A stretch of 64,000 nucleotides of DNA from Candidatus Latescibacterota bacterium. Lineage in GTDB: Bacteria > Latescibacterota > UBA2968 > UBA8231. The first letter of the stretch is position 1; each line of letters starts with the position of its first letter. The notes below the pieces were generated by a model. That model worked only from the letters and a program-made list of their open reading frames with translations, ran no database searches and had not been told where the DNA came from. The position numbers and the translations under genes are program-made. This document shows, piece by piece, positions 19,955 through 28,435 of the stretch. The stretch lies in the NCBI GenBank assembly GCA_965217585.1, contig OZ244561.1, forward strand, positions 3,584,001-3,648,000. Direction: 5' to 3'.

Positions 19955-20542
19955 CTAGTCTTTCCGCGGCGCTTTAGGGCTAGCCGCCCCAAAGTCAATG
20001 CTGTCCAAAGGCGCTATGTCGAACTTGCGGCCAATGCGCCCCACTTGGGCTAGGTCGAGGAGGCCGACGATATTGATGAAGACAAATTCGCGAGGACTGC
20101 CAACCAATACCAAAAGCCCGACGATGGCCTCATCCGCGGAGCGCACGTAGAACTGCATCCGTTCGTCGCGCTCACGCACCTGCACCACCCGCTCCCAGCC
20201 GGGCAAGGTGAGGGCTTTGAGCCGTTCGGCGATGCGCTCGTAATCGTACGATGTGTCTAGGTCTTGACCCTCCGCCTTTTGATAAGCTTGGACGCGGATG
20301 AGGTACAGGGCCTCCAGCATATCGGCTAGTTCTGCGTCTTCAAAGCGGGTAGCCGCAGCCACCAAGTCGAGGAGCGGGTCTTTCAGGTAGATCTCGATCG
20401 CGGCTTCCGGCTCGGGGTCATCGAATAAGCCCAAAGAGGAGAACTCGATGTACCCGGGTTGCTTTTCCAGCGGTGGGGAGGCCCAGGCGTTGGTGGGGCC
20501 GACAGCGGCGGCAAAGAGAAGCAGGGCTAGAAAAAAGAGCAT
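19955..20542 (-). CDS. DUF4252 domain secreted protein
   Basis: Signal peptide, PGYIEFS, WERVVQVRE, EFVFINIVG.LDL. ATG 20542 follows GAGGAG. Confidence 0.8.
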   Translation of the reverse strand: MLFFLALLLFAAAVGPTNAWASPPLEKQPGYIEFSSLGLFDDPEPEAAIEIYLKDPLLDLVAAATRFEDAELADMLEALYLIRVQAYQKAEGQDLDTSYDYERIAERLKALTLPGWERVVQVRERDERMQFYVRSADEAIVGLLVLVGSPREFVFINIVGLLDLAQVGRIGRKFDIAPLDSIDFGAASPKAPRKD

Positions 20543-20553
20543 GGCAAAACTCC

Positions 20554-21075
20554 TCACATGGTTTGGACGGGTAGGATAGTGTCTAGGTTGAGGCGCAGCG
20601 GCTGGACTAAGCGCGACTGGATCACGTCGTCGCGCACTGTGGTGCCCATGCGGCTGTTTAGGTCGCCCAAATAGGCTAGGGTCCACTCTACTTGGCGGCG
20701 AGCCTGGGCAATTTCTTTAGGACTAAAGGCCGGCGGCACAGGCTCTGGGTCGAATAGGAGACGGCCGGCGATCAAAGCCAGAACGGCTGCGGCTGCAAGG
20801 GGTTTGTACCACCTCTTGGCGGCGGTGCGCCAGCGGTTTTGTCGCGTCCGGTGGATGCGGTCTTGAAGAGCTTGGGAGAGTGCGTCGGGGCAGGTGAGCG
20901 AGGGCAGGGCGCGCAGCGCGCCGACCAGCCGACGGGCGTCTTCCAGCTCGGCGGCGCAGGCCGCGCAAGTCGCTGCGTGGGCCTCGAGGCGGCCCTGTTC
21001 AACAGGCGTCAACTCGCCGTCGATATAGGCTTCGATCCGCTCTTGGGTCCAGGAGCAAGGGGAAGTTGAAGGCAT
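20554..21075 (-). CDS. zinc-binding anti-sigma factor (zf-HC2) with one TM helix
   Basis: YIDGEL...HAATCAAC motif followed by a TM segment. Confidence 0.88.
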   Translation of the reverse strand: MPSTSPCSWTQERIEAYIDGELTPVEQGRLEAHAATCAACAAELEDARRLVGALRALPSLTCPDALSQALQDRIHRTRQNRWRTAAKRWYKPLAAAAVLALIAGRLLFDPEPVPPAFSPKEIAQARRQVEWTLAYLGDLNSRMGTTVRDDVIQSRLVQPLRLNLDTILPVQTM

Positions 21076-21078
21076 GGT

Positions 21079-21561
21079 CTATTCCTGTAAAAGGGCGCGG
21101 AGGCGTCTCCGTCCGCGGTGGAGATATACTTTGATTGTATTGAGGGGCAACTCCAAGCTCTGGCTGATCTCGTGGTAGGAGAGACCCTCGATTTCCCGCA
21201 GGATGACGATTTCCCGCAGAGGGTTTTCCAGCCGGGTAAGGGCCGCCTCCAACTGCCTACGCAGGTCCACATCGACTGCCTCGACTGCCGGAGTGCGCTG
21301 TAGGACCGGCTCGGGGTCTTGGGCGCTGACCACCGAGCGATAGCGATGCCGCTGGCGCAAGGCGTCCAAACAGGCATTGCGCGCCACCCGGGTCAACCAA
21401 GCCGCCACCCCTTCGTCGTTAATGCGAAGGCCGTGGTGCCACAGACGGAATAGAACCTCTTGGGTAACATCCTCGGCGTCCTCGCGGTTGCCTGTATAGT
21501 AGAAGGCGAATGTGTAGATGCGGTCCCGGTGCTCTCGGCAGAGCCGGCGAAAACGTCCCAT
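21079..21561 (-). CDS. ECF RNA polymerase sigma factor
   Basis: DAEDVTQEVLFRLW, WLTRVARNACLD, GLSYHEIS, TIKVYLHRGRRRL. Confidence 0.93.
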   Translation of the reverse strand: MGRFRRLCREHRDRIYTFAFYYTGNREDAEDVTQEVLFRLWHHGLRINDEGVAAWLTRVARNACLDALRQRHRYRSVVSAQDPEPVLQRTPAVEAVDVDLRRQLEAALTRLENPLREIVILREIEGLSYHEISQSLELPLNTIKVYLHRGRRRLRALLQE

Positions 21562-21592
21562 AGCAGCCTTTCCCCTCGTCCTTCGCCTATAC

Positions 21593-21620
21593 TAACGCAT
21601 GGCGACGGGGAAAAGTTACA
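21593..21620 (-). promoter_or_regulatory. putative ECF autoregulatory promoter
   Basis: TGTAAC-N17-CGTTA about 30 bp upstream of the sigma ATG, fitting the AAC/CGT ECF consensus. Confidence 0.5.
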
Positions 21621-22911
21621 AGAGCCGTCCCTCTTTTTGGAGGATATCCCCGGCAATCGCGTAGGTCGTCCCGTGCATGGCAATGACGACTAGGCCGAGC
21701 CCGGCCGCGAGATAGCCGCCGATGTACAAGTTGGGGATGTCAATCGACTCGTAGTTGTGGGCGTGGGTCTGTACTTGATCGATTTGGAATCGGTAGTTGT
21801 CGCGCATGGGCGTCAGGGTCAGCGGCGCAAAGCCCTGTAAGATCGAATAGTCGGCCGTGCCGCCGATTTCCTTAACCACGTGATCGACCTCGACCACTTG
21901 GTTTCCTTCGGGCATTTGCAGCTCGACCCGTCCGTCCTCTGCGATCTGCGTCACGTGGGTGTGGTACAAGGTTTGGAGCCGGGGCGAGCGGCTTTCGAGG
22001 ATTGCGGCGATGCGATGGTAATAGGGTAGCCCGTGGCGGCTGTCGTTGATGAGCTGCCAATGGACCGCTGGCCCTTGGCGCATGGCGTAGTACACTTGCT
22101 TGCCGGCGTCGTGCAATTCGGTCGCTGCCCAATCGCCCGAGCGCCCGCCGCCGACGACCAGCACCCGCTCGCCGGGGAAGTCTGCGGGCTTGTCGTAGTG
22201 GGCGGTGACAAAAGGCCAGTCCTCGCCCTCCACGCCGAGGGAGCGCAGGCGACCGCGCTGGCCGGTTGCGAGGACCAAGTACTTACAGGTGTAGCGCTGT
22301 TCAACGCCCGTTTGCACGTGCCGACTGGTGAGTTGAAAGCCCCTTGCGTGCGGCTCAATCCGCTCGACCTCCTCAAAGGTGCGAATGCGCTCTGCCACCC
22401 CAAAGCGCTCGGGCACGCGGTGATAGTACTCGATCAGATCGGTCTTGAGGATCAGGGCGTTGACGTCTAAGGCGCACCCGATTTCTGCGGCGTGCTGCGC
22501 CAGTGGATAAAAGGCAAACTCCATCCACTGACCCGGCGACAAGGTCAGCAGGTTTTGCGGCGCGCGGTTCCACAATCCGCCGACCGGCTCGCGGCTGATG
22601 AGCAGCGCGTCCAGCGGCTCGCCGCGCCGAAAGTCCATGGCGACTTGGTCCAGTTCCTCAAAGAGCTGGCGCGGGTGGTGCAAGGTGCGGAACAAATCGA
22701 CGGGCTTGATGCCGCTCTGTACGAGATGCTGCATATCCAGCCCTAACAGCGTGCGGTCGAACTGCTGCAAGTACCTGGCGAGGGGTGCGTAGCGCGTGGC
22801 AAACATGCGGCTGTTGCGGAAGAAAGGATGCCAGCCGCCCAAGACCACAGCCAACGGCAGGCCCGCCGGCCCACCGCCGACGATGATGACGGTATGGTGT
22901 TCTGGGTTCAT
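21616..22911 (-). CDS. FAD/NAD(P)-dependent oxidoreductase, OSGIN-like
   Basis: Two Rossmann motifs (GGGPAG, GGGRSG), LVLATG, PNLYIGG. Confidence 0.8.
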   Translation of the reverse strand: MNPEHHTVIIVGGGPAGLPLAVVLGGWHPFFRNSRMFATRYAPLARYLQQFDRTLLGLDMQHLVQSGIKPVDLFRTLHHPRQLFEELDQVAMDFRRGEPLDALLISREPVGGLWNRAPQNLLTLSPGQWMEFAFYPLAQHAAEIGCALDVNALILKTDLIEYYHRVPERFGVAERIRTFEEVERIEPHARGFQLTSRHVQTGVEQRYTCKYLVLATGQRGRLRSLGVEGEDWPFVTAHYDKPADFPGERVLVVGGGRSGDWAATELHDAGKQVYYAMRQGPAVHWQLINDSRHGLPYYHRIAAILESRSPRLQTLYHTHVTQIAEDGRVELQMPEGNQVVEVDHVVKEIGGTADYSILQGFAPLTLTPMRDNYRFQIDQVQTHAHNYESIDIPNLYIGGYLAAGLGLVVIAMHGTTYAIAGDILQKEGRLL

Positions 22912-23120
22912 TCGTTCTATATCTTGTGGATTAAATTGAAGGTGAAGGCGAAAAAACCCAGCCCTGTTGAAACTAGCGCTTCCGTAGCGAGACCGCCACC
23001 ATAGGAATTGGACGGATTCTACGAGGCCATACGTTCCCGCGCCGACTTGAGCGATTCGTGCGAATTCGCTAGCATACATAATATGCGTTGGCCGAACTAC
23101 AAAGCAGAGGAGACAAGATC

Positions 23121-24020
23121 ATGACACCGGAACAAATTCAGGAACACCCGCCCAAGATCCTCACCCCGGAGCAGCGGCAATCCTATTTCGACAAGGGCTT
23201 CCTCTTGGTTGAAAACCTCATCGGGCCGGAGTGGATTGAGCGCTTGCTGCTCGTCACTGACGAAATGGTCGAGCGCAGTCGCGGCCTGACTGAATCGGAC
23301 GAGGTCTTCGATCTGGAGCCCGATCACACGGCCGACAACCCCCGCCTGCGACGCCTTACCAGCCCGGTGGACCAGCACCCGGTCTATTGGGAGTTCGCCT
23401 CTCAGTCGATTCTGGCTGACGTGGCTGCCGATTTGATCGGCCCAAACGTCAAGTATCACCACTCGAAATTGAATTTCAAGTGGTCCGAAGGCGGCGAAGA
23501 AGTCAAGTGGCATCAGGACATCACGTACTGGCCACATACCAATTACAGCCCCTTGACCATTGGCACGTACCTCTACGACGTCGATGACGACCAAGGGCCT
23601 TTGGCCGGGGTCGCCGGCAGCCACAACGGGCCTTTGTTCGATCAGTACAACGCCTCTGGACAATGGGTCGGCTGTATCGCCGATCAGGATATACCCCAAG
23701 TTGATCTCGACCGCGTCGAGTATATGCAGGGGCCGGCTGGGTCTATCACCATCCACAATTGCCGCACCGTGCATGGGTCTAAGAAGAATTTATCGCCCAA
23801 GGGACGGCCCTTGTTGCTCAACATCTATTCGGCGGCCGACGCCTTTCCTTATACGGCCAACCCCTTGAACAGCCCACAGTATTCGGGGTCTATTGTGCGG
23901 GGCAAAGCGGCGCGCTGGGCCTATCACGATCCGCGGTCTTGTCTCATTCCGCCGGATTGGTCGGGGGGATATACGTCTTTGTACGCGCTACAGCAGGAGG
24001 AGGATCGGGAGACGCGATAA
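23121..24020 (+). CDS. phytanoyl-CoA dioxygenase (PhyH) family Fe(II)/2OG oxygenase
   Basis: WHQD...VHGS..N.S..GR facial triad pattern. RBS GAGGAG. Confidence 0.9.
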   Translation: MTPEQIQEHPPKILTPEQRQSYFDKGFLLVENLIGPEWIERLLLVTDEMVERSRGLTESDEVFDLEPDHTADNPRLRRLTSPVDQHPVYWEFASQSILADVAADLIGPNVKYHHSKLNFKWSEGGEEVKWHQDITYWPHTNYSPLTIGTYLYDVDDDQGPLAGVAGSHNGPLFDQYNASGQWVGCIADQDIPQVDLDRVEYMQGPAGSITIHNCRTVHGSKKNLSPKGRPLLLNIYSAADAFPYTANPLNSPQYSGSIVRGKAARWAYHDPRSCLIPPDWSGGYTSLYALQQEEDRETR

Positions 24021-24217
24021 TAAGCGGAGAACGCAGGCCGGCCTTTATAACCGCCCCGCCGCCTGCATTTCCTCGCTACTAGCCGCCTGCTTTCAACAGA
24101 ACAGCCGGCAGCCGCTTCAGTTCTTCGTTGCACAGATCAACCTCGAAGCCGCCGGAGTCCAATTCTTATGTTATATCTTCTCATCCTATGAGTTAAACTT
24201 CACAGGAGGCGTAGAAC

Positions 24218-24421
24218 ATGAGTTCTCTCGATGTCACGGGTCTTTCGGCAGACAAAATCGACTACTTGAAAACCCTGATTCGCAACTGGCAAAACAACGC
24301 GGCGAGTAGTATGGAAAGTAGCCAGACGGAAATCGCCCTCCGAATGCGCCGGGCGCGAGACGCAATGCCTCCCTTAGATGTCAATATAAAAAGCCTGATT
24401 GAACACGGCCGTGAGCACTAA
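24218..24421 (+). CDS. small antitoxin-like hypothetical protein
   Basis: RBS AGGAGG. 67 aa ending IKSLIEHGR, reminiscent of VapB/Phd-type tails. Confidence 0.5.
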   Translation: MSSLDVTGLSADKIDYLKTLIRNWQNNAASSMESSQTEIALRMRRARDAMPPLDVNIKSLIEHGREH

Positions 24422-24572
24422 ACGCATTATTGAAAAACACCATCTCGAATTCCTCAGCGATCCAGACCGCGCCCAGGCGTATCTCGAAGTTGCCTTGGAA
24501 GAATACGCCAGAGACCAGAATACATCCGCCTTGCTGCTTGCGCTCAAGGACATCGCCGCTGCGCATTCCTAA
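24411..24572 (+). pseudogene. truncated addiction-module antidote protein (C-terminal HTH missing)
   Basis: GTG 24411 gives ...FLSDPDRAQAYLEVALEEYARDQNTSALLLALKDIAAAHS*, which stops where the HTH normally starts. Confidence 0.6.
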
Positions 24573-24590
24573 CCCGGATAGCAGAAAAAT

Positions 24591-25688
24591 ATGGCCCCAT
24601 ACAAAGTAGCTATCGTCGGCACAGGCATGGTCGCCAACGTCGGTCATCTCCCCGCTTGGTTGGAGTTGGCTCCGGCGGTAGAAGTGGTCGGCGTGTTCAA
24701 TCACACCTTGACCAAGGCCCAACAGACCGCCGACCGCCACGGCATCCCCCACGCGTACGACGACTGTGGGCGCATGCTGGACGAGCTGCGCCCCGATATT
24801 GTCTCCGTCTGCACCCCCAATGTCTCGCATCGCGCCTACACCGAAGCTGTCCTCCAAGCCGGTGCCCACGTCTTTTGCGAAAAACCCGTAGCTGCTAGTT
24901 ATGCCGATGCAGTGGCCATGTACACGGCGGCTGAGGCTGCCGAACGCCATCTATTTGTCACCCAGACAGGCCGTTTCTCCGGCACCAATACTGCTGCCAA
25001 GCAACTGGCCGCCAGCGGGCACTTGGGCGAGATGTACTACGCCGAGACCTCGGCCTTCCGCCGCCGTGGCGTGCCCACTTGGGGCCGCTTCCACATGAAA
25101 GAAGCCTCGGGCGGCGGCCCCCTCTACGACATTGGCGTCCACGCGCTCGACGCCCTGCTGTGGATCATGGGCAACCCCAAAGTGGTGGCCGCCTCGGGCG
25201 CGACGTATACCAAACTGGCCGACCAGCGCGAAGACGTGGTCACGTCGCTGGCCGACAGCGGCGCTCCCGAGGGCGTGTTCGCACCCCGGGACTACGACCT
25301 CAGCGAATACGATGTCGAGGATATGGCCGCTGGCTTTTTGCGCTTGGAAAACGACGCCACCATCAGCATTCGGGCCAGTTGGGCGGCCAATCTGCCCGAT
25401 GGCACCGGCGGCACCCTCATCATGGGCACCAAGGGCGGCCTCACGTTTAATCCGCTCACTTTTATCGGCACCTTGGGCCGCTATCAGGCCGACACCCGGC
25501 TCAATGTGCCGCCCGATCCCTCGGTGCCCTTCTCAGGGCACTGGAAAGCCGCGGCCCACTTTGTCGAGGTAATTGAGGGTCGGGCCGAATTATTGGTCAA
25601 AAAAGAGGAAGTACTCAACGTCATGGCCGCCCTCGACGGCCTGTACCGCTCGGCTACCGAAGGCCGGGAAGTTAGGATAGGCTTATGA
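24591..25688 (+). CDS. Gfo/Idh/MocA family oxidoreductase
   Basis: VGTG, VCTPN..H, HVFCEKP, GGGPLYDIGVH, DVED. Confidence 0.93.
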   Translation: MAPYKVAIVGTGMVANVGHLPAWLELAPAVEVVGVFNHTLTKAQQTADRHGIPHAYDDCGRMLDELRPDIVSVCTPNVSHRAYTEAVLQAGAHVFCEKPVAASYADAVAMYTAAEAAERHLFVTQTGRFSGTNTAAKQLAASGHLGEMYYAETSAFRRRGVPTWGRFHMKEASGGGPLYDIGVHALDALLWIMGNPKVVAASGATYTKLADQREDVVTSLADSGAPEGVFAPRDYDLSEYDVEDMAAGFLRLENDATISIRASWAANLPDGTGGTLIMGTKGGLTFNPLTFIGTLGRYQADTRLNVPPDPSVPFSGHWKAAAHFVEVIEGRAELLVKKEEVLNVMAALDGLYRSATEGREVRIGL

Positions 25689-26998
25689 ACCGTCTAAGCG
25701 ATGCAGCCCTGCAGGATTTCATCATCCGGGGATACCGCGTGGTGCAACCGACCGCGACCGCGGACCTACACGGCGAATTGCACCGCCAAGTCGAACGCGT
25801 GCTGGCCACGGGCAATCCGGGCAACGGCCTGATAGATCGCATTCCCCTGTTGCACCAGTTGTTCGCCGACCCGGCAATAGATGCGGCCTTGAGCGGTATT
25901 TTGGGGCCTGGGTATGCCCTCTGCCGCCACTGCCACTGCCACGATCTCGCGCCGGGCAACCAAGCCCAGAATTGGCACAAAGATTATCCCTTCGGCGGCA
26001 ATGTGCGCTACCACCGCCCGCGCTATGCCCTGCTGCTGTACTATCCGCACGAGGTAACGCCGGATATGGGGCCTACGGCGCTGGTGCCTGGGACGCAGTA
26101 CTATATGGATGGACCCGGCGATGAGGTCGAAGGATTGGCCCTGACTTGTGCGGCGGGCACTGCGGTGGTCACTCACTACGAATTGTGGCACCGGGCCACG
26201 GCCAATCGCTCGACCCGGACGCGCTATATGCTGAAGTTCCTCTTCGCCCGCACCGAGGAGAGCCTGCCAGAACAGCGCAGTAAGTGGATGCCGACAGGAC
26301 GTCACGCGGCTCTGTACCGGACGCTGTGGCGCTGGTACGGGGGGCAGGCTCCCGCCTTGAGGCCGCACCGATCGGTGGAAGCCTTGCAGGCGGCTTTGCA
26401 GGATCCCGATGAACGGGTGCGGCTGGATGCCTATTACGACTTGGGGGCGCTAGGAGCCGAAGGGGAGCCAGCATTGATGGCGGCGCTAAAAGACGAGTCC
26501 GCCCGGCGTTGGCAAGCCAATCTCGAGCGCGGCGATTTTACCAATCCCAGTCAGTTGGAAAGCCCCTACGGGCTGGCCGCGGCTGGCGCTGTGGCCGTGC
26601 CCGCGCTCATCGAGGCGTTGCAGGATCGGGATTGGTGGCTGCGCGCCGGGGCGGCCACGGCCTTGGGCTGCATGGGTGCCGAAGCTCAGGGGGCGGCCAC
26701 GGCTTTAGCTGCGGCGTTGCAGGACGACAGCGAATGGGTCTGCCGCAATGCCGCCGACTCCTTGGGCAATATGGGCCGAGTGCCGGCGGCAGTACCGGCC
26801 TTGGCACAGGCGTTGGACGATAGCCGCGCTATGACGCCTTGGTCTCTGTCCGATGCACCGCTGCGCGAAAACGCGGCCATGACGCTGGCCAAATGGCGCG
26901 CACCGGATGCGGCGGTAGTCGCCTTGCAACGGGTGCGTCAGCAGGGCAACGAATACGTGCGGTCCTGGGCCGAATGGGCGTTGGATCGCCGCTTTTAG
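25685..26998 (+). CDS. PhyH dioxygenase + HEAT (PBS lyase-like) repeat protein
   Basis: WHKD, MGPT, LWHRATANRS..RYMLKF, followed by AVPALIEALQD.DWWLR-type repeats. Confidence 0.85.
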   Translation: MNRLSDAALQDFIIRGYRVVQPTATADLHGELHRQVERVLATGNPGNGLIDRIPLLHQLFADPAIDAALSGILGPGYALCRHCHCHDLAPGNQAQNWHKDYPFGGNVRYHRPRYALLLYYPHEVTPDMGPTALVPGTQYYMDGPGDEVEGLALTCAAGTAVVTHYELWHRATANRSTRTRYMLKFLFARTEESLPEQRSKWMPTGRHAALYRTLWRWYGGQAPALRPHRSVEALQAALQDPDERVRLDAYYDLGALGAEGEPALMAALKDESARRWQANLERGDFTNPSQLESPYGLAAAGAVAVPALIEALQDRDWWLRAGAATALGCMGAEAQGAATALAAALQDDSEWVCRNAADSLGNMGRVPAAVPALAQALDDSRAMTPWSLSDAPLRENAAMTLAKWRAPDAAVVALQRVRQQGNEYVRSWAEWALDRRF

Positions 26999-27010
26999 GA
27001 GGAGAGGGTC

Positions 27011-28426
27011 ATGCAAGCCGAACAATATCTGCTCAGCGACGCCGAGATGCAGCAGTTCATCGCCCGGGGCTATGTTCAGGTGCAGGCGGATTTCCCGGGC
27101 GATTTTCACGCCGCAGTGTGCCGCCAGATCGACGCTGTCTTGGCGGCCGAGGGCAACCCTGGCAACAATATCGCGCCGCGCATACCCGCCATCGCCGAGG
27201 TCTTTGCCCACCCTGCGGTGCGCGGTGCCCTGACCAGTATTCTGGGGGCGGGTTATCTGATGCACCCGCACCGCTACTGCCACCTCAATTCCCCCGGCAG
27301 CGACGGCCAGAGCTGGCACAAGGACGACTATATCTTCGACCAGAATATCCGCTATCACCGCTGCCGTTGGGTCATGGCCTTTTACTATCCACAGGACGTT
27401 ACCCCGGACATGGGCCCCACTGGCGTGATGCCGGGGCGGCAGTGGTACAACGGCATTTCCAATGCCGATCCAGCGCAAGCCACCGAGACAGAATTGGGCT
27501 TGTGCGGCCCGGCCGGCACGGTGTCCATCGTCAACTTCGATAGCTGGCACCGGGCCACGGCCAATCGCTCGGACAAAAGGCGCTACATGCTCAAATACCA
27601 GTTCACCCGCATGACAGAGCCAGAGGCGCCGACGTGGAATAATAAGGTGCCCTACTGGCAGCCGCTCGACGGCGATCCACACCCAGAGTTATCGCGGCAC
27701 GTGTGGGACTGGTTGTGTGGCCGGCCGGCAGCGAGCAGCGGCAGTGCGCGCTGGGAGGATTTGGGTGCCGATTCGGAAACGGCCCGCCTGCAAGCGGCCT
27801 ACAACTTGGGAGGAGACCAAGTAGAGGGGTTGATCGAGGACATGCGGAGCCAAGCCCAAGCTCAAGCCGAGACCAATCTGGCCCATTCGCCGACCAATCC
27901 CCAAGGAGGCAATCCGGGCGAATTGGGCCCGGTACACGCTTTGGCCGCCTTGGGCGCGGAGGCTTTGGATGGACTGTTGGCTGCGGCCCAGCAGGGGCCT
28001 TGGCCCGGTCGGGCCGCGGCGCTAGGTGCCCTGGCGACTATGGGCAAGGAGGCGGCTGCGGCAATGCCGGTATTGCAAGCAGCCTTGAGCGATGACGCTA
28101 TGTGGGTGCGGCGCAATGCCGCCGAGGCTCTGGGGACGATTGGCCCGGCAGCGGTATCGGCGGCTCCGGCCCTCGCTCGCGCTTTGGGCGACGAGGTGGA
28201 GTTGGTCCGCCGCAACGCCGTCTTTGCCCTGAGCAAGATGGCCCCCCCCGACGACGAGTTAGTACCGGCGGTGGCTCGTGCTCTGATCGATCCAAATCGC
28301 TATACGCGCTATTACGCCAGTACCGCTTTGCGCAAGATCGGGACCGCCCACGCCCGCCGCGCCTTGGTCGAAGCGCTGGAGTCGGCCCGCTGGTGCGCCG
28401 TTACTTCGTCGTCCACGCCTTATTGA
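27011..28426 (+). CDS. PhyH dioxygenase + HEAT repeat protein (paralog)
   Basis: WHKD, MGPT, WHRATANRS..RYMLK, and VRRNAAEALG repeats. Confidence 0.85.
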   Translation: MQAEQYLLSDAEMQQFIARGYVQVQADFPGDFHAAVCRQIDAVLAAEGNPGNNIAPRIPAIAEVFAHPAVRGALTSILGAGYLMHPHRYCHLNSPGSDGQSWHKDDYIFDQNIRYHRCRWVMAFYYPQDVTPDMGPTGVMPGRQWYNGISNADPAQATETELGLCGPAGTVSIVNFDSWHRATANRSDKRRYMLKYQFTRMTEPEAPTWNNKVPYWQPLDGDPHPELSRHVWDWLCGRPAASSGSARWEDLGADSETARLQAAYNLGGDQVEGLIEDMRSQAQAQAETNLAHSPTNPQGGNPGELGPVHALAALGAEALDGLLAAAQQGPWPGRAAALGALATMGKEAAAAMPVLQAALSDDAMWVRRNAAEALGTIGPAAVSAAPALARALGDEVELVRRNAVFALSKMAPPDDELVPAVARALIDPNRYTRYYASTALRKIGTAHARRALVEALESARWCAVTSSSTPY

Positions 28427-28435
28427 GGAGCTGTT

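Noticed and set aside
22912-23120. Extended N-termini proposed by the ORF track (23079 minus, 23088 plus; similarly 20686, 34165, 45466, 53830, 58261)
   Set aside because: Downstream starts have better RBS or coupling and match domain boundaries, and several of the extensions overlap neighbouring genes.
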